The notes beneath the pieces were generated by a model. The model worked only from the letters and a program-made list of their open reading frames with translations. It made no database searches and was not told the origin of the DNA. A stretch of DNA of 64,000 bases, taken from the NCBI GenBank assembly GCA_965203445.1, contig OZ241883.1, positions 1,792,001 to 1,856,000 of the forward strand, read 5' to 3'. Position 1 is the first letter of the stretch, and each line of letters opens with the position of its first letter. The position numbers were made by a program, and so were the translations under genes. Below, piece by piece: positions 29,205 through 37,633 of this stretch. Source of the stretch: Candidatus Oxydemutator sp. Its GTDB lineage: Bacteria > Pseudomonadota > Gammaproteobacteria > Poriferisulfidales > Oxydemutatoraceae.

Positions 29205-29985
29205 CATCTGTCTTTGAAGTCTTGGTCCGCGTCATATCGCTTGAGAGGGCTTGACTGCTGATTTGCAGCGCCTTGGAAGATGGTTCGCAGTAGTTTTTTG
29301 AACCACCACATATGTCTTTGAAGTCTTGGTCCGCGTCATATCGCTTGAGAGGGCTTGACTGCTGACTTGCAGCGCCTTGGCAAGATGGTTCGCAGTAGTT
29401 TCTTGAACCGATACATTCTTTTTTGAAGTCCCGATCCGTGCTGTATCGCTTGAGAGGGCTTGGCTGTTGGCTTGCAGCGCCTCAGCAAGACGGTTCGCAG
29501 TAGTTCTTTGAACCGCCATATCCGTCTTTGAAGTCTTGATCTGCGCTATATCGCTTGAGAGTGCCTGGACGCTGACTTTCAGCGTCTTGGCAAGATAGTT
29601 CGCAGTAGTTTCTTGAACCGATACATTCGTTTTTGAAGTCTCGATCCGCGCTATACGACTGTAAGAAACCCTGGATTTATCGGCAAGCTTCTGGCGCGAC
29701 CACTTTTTGCTCGCACGAGCTTCCTTTAATCTTTTGGGATTAATTTTAACTTTCGGCGGAGAGGAACGCTGGCCGCGAACAGGTTGTTTATCGCTTGAGA
29801 GTGCCTGGACGCTGACTTTCAGCGTCTTGGCAAGATAGTTCGCAGTAGTTTCTTGAACCGATACATTCGTTTTTGAAGTCTCGATCCGCGCTATACGACT
29901 GTAAGAAACCTTGGATTTATCGGCAAGCTTCTGGCGCGACCACTTTTTGCTCGCACGAGCTTCTTTTAATCTTTTAGGATTGATT
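29205..29985. repeat. 105-bp coding repeat array plus 240-bp-spaced near-perfect duplication
   Basis: TCGCTTGAGA anchor at 29237, 29341, 29446, 29551 and 29791 (spacings 104, 105, 105, 240); 29550-29741 is nearly identical to 29790-29981. Confidence 0.93.
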
Positions 29986-29993
29986 CTATTCAT
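29232..29993 (-). CDS. XRE HTH protein with two HTH domains and 35-aa repeats; frameshifted near 29276
   Basis: RLKEAR..KKWSRQKLA...VS...IARIE twice, followed by repeats IxxxxTSKxxxxVQxTTANxLAxxLxxxxQALSSD; AGGAGG RBS. Confidence 0.75.
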   Translation of the reverse strand: MNRINPKRLKEARASKKWSRQKLADKSKVSYSRIARIETSKTNVSVQETTANYLAKTLKVSVQALSSDKQPVRGQRSSPPKVKINPKRLKEARASKKWSRQKLADKSRVSYSRIARIETSKTNVSVQETTANYLAKTLKVSVQALSSDIAQIKTSKTDMAVQRTTANRLAEALQANSQALSSDTARIGTSKKNVSVQETTANHLAKALQVSSQALSSDMTRTKTSKTYVVVQKTTANHLPRRCKSAVKPSQAI

Positions 29994-30131
29994 AATAGTG
30001 TCCTCCTAGAACTTTGTGAATCAGCACTATGTGTAGAAGGAATTATATCTGATGCGCTTTTTGTCTCCAATATCCACAATGGGCTTCGTCATCCTGGTAG
30101 TAATCTCGATTTTGATCGAGTATTGCCGGCT

Positions 30132-30905
30132 TCAGGTTGGCGGAATAACTGATGATTTCTTTGATCGTGGGTCGCCCCTGTATTTCTCGACTAAACTCAG
30201 AATGCCGTAAAAGTCTTCTGCTTCGAATAGTTCGTCGGCGCTGAACGAGACGCTGAATTCTTGCTCGACCGCCATTATCAGCTGAATATGGCCGAGTGAG
30301 TCCCATTGTTCCAACTGGTTCATGGCCGCCTGTTCCACGTCTTCCGGGCGCAGGGCAGGGAAGGCTTTCAGCATAACGCTGGATAGCCGTTGCCGGGTGT
30401 CGTCGGGAATAGGATGGGATTTGTGAATCCGCTCTCCCCGCTGCTGTTCGTTGGGCGCTTCGATTGCGGTGTCTTTTTCAGCAGAGATTTCCACCAGTTC
30501 GAACAGGCCATGGTTCGGGTGCGCGAGAAAGGCAATCCTGGCGCCGTGAAACGCATCATCGCAAACGGGTTCAATGATCACCTTGGCCCCGGCCTTCTCG
30601 GCAACATCCACGGCTCGTTCTATAGACTGCACCGCAAAACAAAAATGGTAAACGCCTTGTCGCTTGAGCGCTATATTGGCAATGGGGGATTCTTTCCCAT
30701 GTGGGCTCAAAATTTCAATTACCGTGCCTCCTTCCAGGCGCACGAAGGCATAATGCGTTTTCTGCGAATTATTGATACCAGGCCCTCGCAGCAAAAGGCT
30801 GTTCGGCAGATGCAGATAATCGTCCAGCGTCCGCTGAAAATCCGCCGTCACGACGGCCACGTGATCCAGATGCGTCACACCGATTTGTCGCCAGAAAGAA
30901 GACAT
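30132..30905 (-). CDS. VOC/glyoxalase-like (methylmalonyl-CoA epimerase-like) domain fused to acyl carrier protein
   Basis: LDHVAVV...IEIL.P...GVYHFCFAV...FELVE, then WDSLGHIQLIMAVEQEF (phosphopantetheine Ser). Confidence 0.82.
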   Translation of the reverse strand: MSSFWRQIGVTHLDHVAVVTADFQRTLDDYLHLPNSLLLRGPGINNSQKTHYAFVRLEGGTVIEILSPHGKESPIANIALKRQGVYHFCFAVQSIERAVDVAEKAGAKVIIEPVCDDAFHGARIAFLAHPNHGLFELVEISAEKDTAIEAPNEQQRGERIHKSHPIPDDTRQRLSSVMLKAFPALRPEDVEQAAMNQLEQWDSLGHIQLIMAVEQEFSVSFSADELFEAEDFYGILSLVEKYRGDPRSKKSSVIPPT

Positions 30906-30907
30906 TG

Positions 30908-32503
30908 CTATTCCTCCTTGACCGCGAACCACCCGGGTATGGCGATGTTCGCGGATCGAATATCCAGCAGGAACGTGTTATCTCCTGCTTTCTGAAAGCC
31001 GTGGCGGCTGAAGACATCCCGTACCGGGCGGTTGCGTTCCGTCGGCAATACTGCCGCTTGTAGCCGCCGCATGCCGCGCTTGTTCATCCTTTTGGTGATC
31101 CACGCGAGTGCCGCCGTTTCTATCGAGCGCCCCATGACTCTGCAGGAGAGCAGCAGGTCATCAATGATTGCGTTGTTGTCCTGGTACAGAATAATGACGA
31201 CCCCGATAATTTCATTGCTGCCAAATTTGTCTTTCAGGCGCAAAGCAAGAATCTCGTTGTCGCCAGCGGCGATCTGCTCCAGATCTTTTTGCCCATAGCG
31301 TCGGGTTGTTGTGTTGAATTGGTTGGTTTTGGCCAGCAGCTGCAATATTCTCTGCCGATTGCTTTCCCCGTAGGGTTCAACATGGAGTTCCATGTTCAGG
31401 CTGACGAGAAAATCCTCGTGATTGGCAAAATGGGTTTTTTGCTCGCGCGCGCGGGCGCGAAGTTCATATTGGCGCGCCCTGTTTCTGTCTTCCTCGGTAA
31501 GTCGTCCCACAAAAAGGTTTGGCATAGTTGTCAAAAATCTATCCCACTGGCATATGTCCGGCGGCATTTCCGGCACGGTTACCTGAGGTAAAGTCTGGCG
31601 AACTTCCTCCCGCTCATAAGGATCGTCGTCAATGAAGCAGACCGAGTTCAGGCCGAGGTTCAGTTCTTCGGCAATTTCGCGGATATTGTCCGGCTTCGGG
31701 CGCCAGTTGATTCTCATAGCGGAGAAATCATTCTTCTTCAGGAGCATGTCCTGCGCCCTTTGCGTGAAAACGTCGAGCACGCTTCTGGTATCGTTCTTGC
31801 TGCACAGAGCGAGAGCAAATCCCTGCCGTCGTAACGCTCTTAGCACGGATTGTATGGCACGGAACTGATTGCCTGGGTAATCTCCACCGATTTGGACTCC
31901 GCCCGGGCCGTTCTCGCCCGCGAGCCCTCCCCACAGTGTGTTGTCCGCATCCACTATCAGCAGCCGGCTGGTCGCGCCGGTCAGTGCCAGCATCCAGCCG
32001 ATCAGGCGCCGGTTTAATGCAACGGCGCATTCATCGCTACAGGCGATTCTTCCCAAGCGCCAGTATTTTTCAGGGTCAGCAGAGCGTGCTCCGATCTGCG
32101 ATACGACTGATGAGAAATCCACCAATTCGCTATCGGGCATGGCGTCCACCGCTTTTTGCAACTGCCGATTCCAGTCCGATGCTATGGCGTACCTGCTTTG
32201 GGCGCTATAGGGGGTATCCGCCGAGGTTTCTACAGCCGCCGCCATGGGCCACAAGTCGAGCACCAGAAAGTATCCGCGTGCCCAGCTGCGGGCCTGTTCA
32301 AGTAGCGTAATGTATTGTTTCAGTTTAGAGCGAGCAGCCCCGATTTGGGCTTCGCCGAAGACTGTATGCGCGTCGAAGAAATCCTCGAAACGCTCGCAAA
32401 ATATCCAGTAATCAATTTTATTCCGATGTAATGGAGACTGTTCGTCGTTCAACTGAACCTGGTACTGGCCGAACGGAATCGGCATAACTTGCAATTCCAA
32501 AGT
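30908..32503 (-). CDS. FkbH-like HAD-IIIC protein (3' part of a probable PseH-FkbH fusion)
   Basis: IVDADNTLWGG, CSKND, INWRPK, FIDDDPYER, QLLAKTNQFN, DKFG, LLSCRV.GR; no credible start of its own. Confidence 0.88.
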   Translation of the reverse strand, partial: TLELQVMPIPFGQYQVQLNDEQSPLHRNKIDYWIFCERFEDFFDAHTVFGEAQIGAARSKLKQYITLLEQARSWARGYFLVLDLWPMAAAVETSADTPYSAQSRYAIASDWNRQLQKAVDAMPDSELVDFSSVVSQIGARSADPEKYWRLGRIACSDECAVALNRRLIGWMLALTGATSRLLIVDADNTLWGGLAGENGPGGVQIGGDYPGNQFRAIQSVLRALRRQGFALALCSKNDTRSVLDVFTQRAQDMLLKKNDFSAMRINWRPKPDNIREIAEELNLGLNSVCFIDDDPYEREEVRQTLPQVTVPEMPPDICQWDRFLTTMPNLFVGRLTEEDRNRARQYELRARAREQKTHFANHEDFLVSLNMELHVEPYGESNRQRILQLLAKTNQFNTTTRRYGQKDLEQIAAGDNEILALRLKDKFGSNEIIGVVIILYQDNNAIIDDLLLSCRVMGRSIETAALAWITKRMNKRGMRRLQAAVLPTERNRPVRDVFSRHGFQKAGDNTFLLDIRSANIAIPGWFAVKEE

Positions 32504-33134
32504 GGGGGGGGGGGGGGGGGGGGGGGGGGTAAGTTGCAGCATAAGATCCGAGGTTCTGCGCGGCTATATCCCAGTTGGCACTACCCAGAAACACCACCGA
32601 AATTCTCTTTGGAGAAGAGGGAGTTTTTTCCTCAGGTGATGGGTGCGGATTTTTCAATTCCATCACCACCAGATCAGCTTTCTCCGTGCTTGGAGGCGTG
32701 GTGGATTCGCTAAAACCGTATTTTTTGTGTAGAAAAATAACGGCCGGGTTGCTCCTTAATGTTTCACATAACAACAGACGCAACCCCAATTCCTCGAAGG
32801 CATGTCGTATGGCGGTTTTCTCTACTCGATTCCACAGCGACGTATACTCAGAAGGTTTTTCTCTTGAGTAGTCGCACAGATAAAAACCCCACCAACCGGT
32901 CTTGTCGGTGGCGTCAAGGCGAAAATAATCAACCACCGCCATGGGTTTATTTTGCTCTTGATAGATATAGAAACGGTAGCTTTTGTCCGTACGGATTTTT
33001 TCCCACCAGGAGCGATGCTCCGCCCGCGAGATGTGGTGCTGATTGATCATTGCCTTGCGCACCCGCGGATGGTTGCGCCACCGCAGCAGATCGTCCAGGT
33101 CGGCATCGGTTACCAGGCGCAATCTTCCGTTCAT
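32418..33134 (-). CDS. pseH: PseH-like GNAT N-acyltransferase (5' part of the probable fusion)
   Basis: LLRWRNHPRVRKAM..QHHIS..EH..W, WWGFY, L.CETL..N.AVI.LHKKYGF. Confidence 0.8.
   Translation of the reverse strand: MNGRLRLVTDADLDDLLRWRNHPRVRKAMINQHHISRAEHRSWWEKIRTDKSYRFYIYQEQNKPMAVVDYFRLDATDKTGWWGFYLCDYSREKPSEYTSLWNRVEKTAIRHAFEELGLRLLLCETLRSNPAVIFLHKKYGFSESTTPPSTEKADLVVMELKNPHPSPEEKTPSSPKRISVVFLGSANWDIAAQNLGSYAATYPPPPPPPPHFGIASYADSVRPVPGSVERRTVSITSE
32504..32529. repeat. Homopolymer G26 (C26 on the coding strand)
   Basis: Counted directly; it lies at the frame junction of the PseH and FkbH reading frames. Confidence 0.9.
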
Positions 33135-33201
33135 TGCTTCTCCACCAGCGCCTTGGCGTCCCGGCGCCAATGCGTTCCGAACCACGCCACGTATGGCGGC
33201 A

Positions 33202-33888
33202 TCAGCACTTCTCCCAAACGGCGGCGAAGGCTTCCGCGTATTGTATGCCTACGTTGCTGCCCCTCAGTCGTGCGAGGTGTTCCACTAAGTCATACGAACG
33301 GGGGTGCGGGGAAGGGCGCATTTCGCTTTCATAGCAGTGCAGGGCTTTTACTTTTGCGGGGAAGTTTTGCGTTATATCCACGTATGACGAAGGCTGGAAT
33401 CCTTCGCTGCCTTTGCTGAACGCGAAGTCCGTGCTGGACAGGATCTCGAAGGTATAGACCCTCTGAAGAGTGGAGCCGGGCAGCGGACGGCAGGCGGTTA
33501 CCACGGCCTGATAGCAAATCCTGTGGTCGCAGTTCAAGTCGTGTTTGTGATGCGTCAGGACGATGTCCGGTTTTGTCTGCCCGACCACGTCTTCCACGGC
33601 CTGGATAACCTGCAACAGAGGGTAGGTGTCGAGGCGATGATCCCGAAAGTTCAAAAACCGCGGCGTGTTGGCGCCCAAGGCCGATGCGGCTTTGGCGGCC
33701 TGTTTTTCTCTGGCGTATATGCGGGCTTCGATCTTTTCCGGGATTCGGGATTCCTCGCCGTCCGTCAGAATCAGAACGTCCACCTCCACGCCGGCGGATG
33801 AAAGCCGATGCATCGTGCCGCCGCAGCCGAGAACCTCATCGTCGGGGTGGGCCGCCACGACGAGGGCTTTTTTGCATTTTGTAATCAT
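33202..33888 (-). CDS. PIG-L/LmbE family N-deacetylase
   Basis: VAAHPDDEVLGCGGT, THH..DLN.DH, AEAF. Confidence 0.9.
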   Translation of the reverse strand: MITKCKKALVVAAHPDDEVLGCGGTMHRLSSAGVEVDVLILTDGEESRIPEKIEARIYAREKQAAKAASALGANTPRFLNFRDHRLDTYPLLQVIQAVEDVVGQTKPDIVLTHHKHDLNCDHRICYQAVVTACRPLPGSTLQRVYTFEILSSTDFAFSKGSEGFQPSSYVDITQNFPAKVKALHCYESEMRPSPHPRSYDLVEHLARLRGSNVGIQYAEAFAAVWEKC

Positions 33889-34577
33889 TTGGATTTTTTC
33901 CTGATCTCTACTTTGGCCTGGATTCGATCTTTACACCAGTCGGCTTGTGTAAAGGTGATGATTTTATCGCCAAAGTCGAGAAAAGCATGGGGATAGTCGG
34001 GCGCATCCAGCGCTCTGATGTAGTCGTATATTTCTCTCAGGCTCATAGCTTCGGTCAATTCGCTTTCCTTTGGAGTGCGCCTTTGAAAAGTGGTGGCTTT
34101 CCCTTCCTGGGGATATGGCTCCGGCTCCGTCAGCACGATTTTTTCTATCATCTCCATCATCCGCACCGCCGCGCGCCCGAAAATTTCCCGGGCGCTGCCG
34201 GCCAGAGACAAAGAGGTTTTCCCGTAGATCGGGCCTGCATCGAGTTCCTGCTCCATGCGGAAGGCCGACAGATTCGTCTCGGTCTTCTTATCCTTCAAAA
34301 TCAGGTTTTGCAGCGGGCTTCCTCCTCTCCCGTAGGGCAAATCCGTCATGTGGAAGCATACGCATTCGGTCGTTTCTATTATCTCACGGGGAACTTTTTG
34401 CGACCAGTGGGCGAAGAACATGTACCTCGGTGCATACCGGCTCAGGAAGGACGCCGACAAATCAGTCGGAGCGGGCAGGATAATCCATCTGCCTGGAAGA
34501 CGTTTTCGGGCCGCATAAAACTCATGGATAATCCAAGGCTTTGAGGCCACCAACACGTAAGAGTTTTCTGTTTCCAT
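33885..34577 (-). CDS. Formyltransferase (methionyl-tRNA formyltransferase-like, sugar-associated)
   Basis: FFAHWS, CVCFHMTDLPYGRGGSPLQNLI, LDAGPIY, IRALDA.DYP.AF. Confidence 0.88.
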   Translation of the reverse strand: METENSYVLVASKPWIIHEFYAARKRLPGRWIILPAPTDLSASFLSRYAPRYMFFAHWSQKVPREIIETTECVCFHMTDLPYGRGGSPLQNLILKDKKTETNLSAFRMEQELDAGPIYGKTSLSLAGSAREIFGRAAVRMMEMIEKIVLTEPEPYPQEGKATTFQRRTPKESELTEAMSLREIYDYIRALDAPDYPHAFLDFGDKIITFTQADWCKDRIQAKVEIRKKSK

Positions 34578-34614
34578 AAAGTAAGAAGAGAATTATAGCC
34601 GACGGATTGAGCCT

Positions 34615-35247
34615 CTACCTGCCGATCTTCCGGCAATCCGCCGCCACTCGATCTGCATATGCTTCGAGTGTCGCGACCGGAGTATCCCAGCCTTTGTTCA
34701 ACAACCACATCAGTGGTTCTTTGTCCTTGTTTTTGTGCACGGAACCTTTGCCGACCTGCTTTTGTCTCTGGCAGCGACCACCGATTATCTGATGCCAATG
34801 CCGCCTGAACAATTCCTGGATTGTGCGTTGCAGCGTCCGGTAAGTGCTTGCCAGAGTCTCATGCGCGGAGTCGAACGTCACTTCTTGTTGCACAATAATG
34901 TCTCCCGTGTCAATGCCTTCATCCATGTAATGGATAGTAACGCCTTTGGGTGTCGCTTCCACAAAGCTCCAGAAATTCGGATCTCGGCCGCGGTTCCATG
35001 GCAGATAGGAAATGTGCAGGTTTATCGCCGCGTCCGGGAATTTTTCCAAAATACGTTTTTTGAGAACATACTGATAGCCGTAACTTATCAAGAATGTAAA
35101 ACCTTCCCGATCAATAAGATCGGGGGTCAAAATGTTGTCGGACATTTGAATGACTTTTTCCCCCGACCCCCGCAGCCAGATAAGCACGGGCGAGTCTTTC
35201 GGGCCGAGAAACAGTATTTTCCGCGTCGCCACGGTCTTTCTATTCAT
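34615..35247 (-). CDS. Formyltransferase family protein
   Basis: ISYGY, INLHISYLPWNRG.DPNFWS, GVTIHYMDEGIDTGDI. Confidence 0.9.
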   Translation of the reverse strand: MNRKTVATRKILFLGPKDSPVLIWLRGSGEKVIQMSDNILTPDLIDREGFTFLISYGYQYVLKKRILEKFPDAAINLHISYLPWNRGRDPNFWSFVEATPKGVTIHYMDEGIDTGDIIVQQEVTFDSAHETLASTYRTLQRTIQELFRRHWHQIIGGRCQRQKQVGKGSVHKNKDKEPLMWLLNKGWDTPVATLEAYADRVAADCRKIGR

Positions 35248-35264
35248 TCAGCTTCTTATCTGAC

Positions 35265-36383
35265 TTAAGCTGCTTTATCAAGCTTTGTCAATGCTTCGGC
35301 CACCTTTTCGGCACCGTGTCCGTCCACTATGCGGCTGCCGCAGGCGACCGTTTCGTGATACCAGCGCCGGTCGTGCAGCGCTCGTCGCAACGCCGGATAA
35401 AAGTCTTCGCTTAGTTGTTCGCGGCGCAGGACGATAGCGACTTTCTCCCTTTGCAACGCATCCGCGTTGGCAAGTTGGTTTTCCGCCGTGGCGATGATAA
35501 TCGAGGGCAGTCCCAGGCAGCATCGTTCCCAGGCATTGCCACCGCCCGCGCCGATTGCCAGGTCCGCGCGGCTGATGCGTTCGGCCATGTCATTGACCGC
35601 GACCGAGACGCTGGTTTGCGCCGGCAGGCGCGCGGCTATCTCCTCGATCTCCGCGCGGTGCGGGAAAGCGGCACCGAGGACTACGTCTATTGTGCATCCG
35701 TCCGGCAGGTCGGCGGTGGCCAGCAGCCGCAGCACGGCTCCCGTCAGGTTGCCCGGATCGGCGCCGCCGCAGGCGACGAGCAGATTGCGGATTGCGGTCA
35801 TCTGTTCCCGGTGCGCCAACGCGGCCGGGCGCAGTTCGGCAAACTCGGGGCGCAGCAGGACAAAAACGGAACCCAACAGAAAATGGCACGCAGTCGGCAC
35901 CAATGGCTGATAGTCTTCTTCCCGCCGCCCGCATAGACAATCGAGCAACAAGTCGCAGTCGTGTTCGCGGTTTGCCAGATCGTCTATCACCATGATCCTT
36001 TTTGCATGGGGGCGCATCATTGATTCCCAGCACCGTCCGAGCGAATAGTGGTCCACAATCAGCCAATCGCATGGTTTGATTCGCCGAAGGATGCCCACGG
36101 TCTCCTCGGCGTCCCGACGCCAATGCGTTCCGAGCCACGCCGCGTACGGCGACGACGGTTCCCGGTCTGATTTGCAGGCTGTATCTCCGGCTTCCATGGA
36201 ATCGAGGACTGCACAGTGATGCCCGCGTCCGCGGATCCACGCAATCAGATTGCCCTGATGCGCGCGGCAGATAAATAATGTTTCCGCACCGTGCCCGCGC
36301 AGGGCATCAGCCAGCGTCAAGCAGCGCATCACGTGCCCACCGCCGATTGCCGTCGAAGCATCGGCACGAATGGCGACTTTCAT
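35265..36383 (-). CDS. pseG: UDP-2,4-diacetamido-2,4,6-trideoxy-altropyranose hydrolase
   Basis: IRADAS..IGGGHVMRCLTLA, IVDHY, VIDDL, GGAD, DLAIGAGG..WERCCLGLP, ENQ, VDG.G. Confidence 0.9.
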   Translation of the reverse strand: MKVAIRADASTAIGGGHVMRCLTLADALRGHGAETLFICRAHQGNLIAWIRGRGHHCAVLDSMEAGDTACKSDREPSSPYAAWLGTHWRRDAEETVGILRRIKPCDWLIVDHYSLGRCWESMMRPHAKRIMVIDDLANREHDCDLLLDCLCGRREEDYQPLVPTACHFLLGSVFVLLRPEFAELRPAALAHREQMTAIRNLLVACGGADPGNLTGAVLRLLATADLPDGCTIDVVLGAAFPHRAEIEEIAARLPAQTSVSVAVNDMAERISRADLAIGAGGGNAWERCCLGLPSIIIATAENQLANADALQREKVAIVLRREQLSEDFYPALRRALHDRRWYHETVACGSRIVDGHGAEKVAEALTKLDKAA

Positions 36384-36441
36384 TTGTCGTTTCGGCGCGC
36401 TTTTGCGTCTGGCGGGTTGCGTCGCCCGTTTCCAGTTTTAT

Positions 36442-37557
36442 TCAAGCGTGGTCGCTCGCGTCACTTTTCAGAAATACGGGTGACGCTCCCCGTTTGGAAA
36501 CGCAATCTCGATACTTCTTCCGGTGACGGTCTTCATATGTGTGTTTTTTCAGGCTCCGTTCTATTTCACGATCATAGAGGTCGGAAAAAGTATCCGCGAT
36601 GGCGTTGGGTTCTATGTCGAGATAGGAGTCGGTTGTGCGGCAACCAATTTCTCCGTCTTCATCATATAGAGCGTGGAAGGCAACTTTGTCCGTCGTTTCT
36701 TTTTGCAGATCAAGCTCCTTGAGAATGCAGTAATCATGGGTCGCCAGAAATATCTGGACACCCATGCGCTGCAACTCCAGAAGAATCTTCAATAATTGAC
36801 GAAATAATCCGGGATTGAGATTGGTTTCCGGTTCGTCCCAGAACAGGACGGTTCCTCTCGAGAGAGTGCCGTTCTGAATGAGAAGCCACAGCAGCCCGAG
36901 CTTGCGCATTCCCTCCGCCAGCAGGGGAAATTCAAGATTTCCCTGTCTGCTTTTGTGAAAGAATTCCTCTTCTCTGGTTATGACTTTCCCATTCATGATT
37001 TCTTGCAGGATGGACAACAGTTTTTTTCTATCCGAATCTGGCTTGCCGCGGCGTGGCGGCAGGTATGCACGGTCGAGAATATCGTTGTATATCGCCTCGA
37101 AATGCAGCTCCCTTTGCGAATAAAGAGAGCCAAAGCCGGGTGCGTTGGCAAGCATTTCTTTTACCGGAATGAAGGCGCTTTTTATGGGTTTTGACTCCCA
37201 TCTTTTCGCACCTGTTATTTTCACCCTGCTTGTGTCGGGCGCTTTCACGTGACTGGCGAACTCCGCTCGGATGTATGCGGCATCTTTGCGCTTGACCTCC
37301 AACAAGCAACGAGAACGGCCGCTTTGTCGTTTTACCAGCCGCCCCAGGGCCAATCCGGAGGGGAGGAATACCTGGATGAGCTTCTCGGAAAATCTTTGTT
37401 TGGTCTTGGTGATGTCGCAAGCCGCGTAGGCAACCTTCATCAAGTGTGTCTTACCGGTACCGTTGGCACCGACAAAGACGTTGATGCCGGGGGAGAACCG
37501 TATTTCCAGATCCTCGAATACGGTGAACTTTTTCAGTCTTATGTTTGTCAGGTGCAT
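36442..37557 (-). CDS. AAA_15/AAA_21-type ATPase inserted in the sugar cluster
   Basis: GINVFVGANGTGKTHLMK, LAEG.RK, LFWDEPETNLNP, QIFLATH. Confidence 0.85.
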   Translation of the reverse strand: MHLTNIRLKKFTVFEDLEIRFSPGINVFVGANGTGKTHLMKVAYAACDITKTKQRFSEKLIQVFLPSGLALGRLVKRQSGRSRCLLEVKRKDAAYIRAEFASHVKAPDTSRVKITGAKRWESKPIKSAFIPVKEMLANAPGFGSLYSQRELHFEAIYNDILDRAYLPPRRGKPDSDRKKLLSILQEIMNGKVITREEEFFHKSRQGNLEFPLLAEGMRKLGLLWLLIQNGTLSRGTVLFWDEPETNLNPGLFRQLLKILLELQRMGVQIFLATHDYCILKELDLQKETTDKVAFHALYDEDGEIGCRTTDSYLDIEPNAIADTFSDLYDREIERSLKKHTYEDRHRKKYRDCVSKRGASPVFLKSDASDHA

Positions 37558-37633
37558 GAGCGGGAGTTTTTGCGGGAAAGGGCCTTGATTATAGCAGGGT
37601 CTCGGAATTTTCGACGGGCGACGGTTGCTGCTT

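Noticed and set aside
29205-29985. 105-bp array as a CRISPR array or TALE-like effector
   Set aside because: There are no unique spacers; the units are in-frame coding and plainly derived from an XRE HTH. The NY/NR/NH resemblance to TALE RVDs is superficial.
32504-32542. Poly-proline N-terminus of FkbH as a real protein start
   Set aside because: The prolines are just the translated C-tract, and there is no RBS; a frameshifted fusion explains it better.
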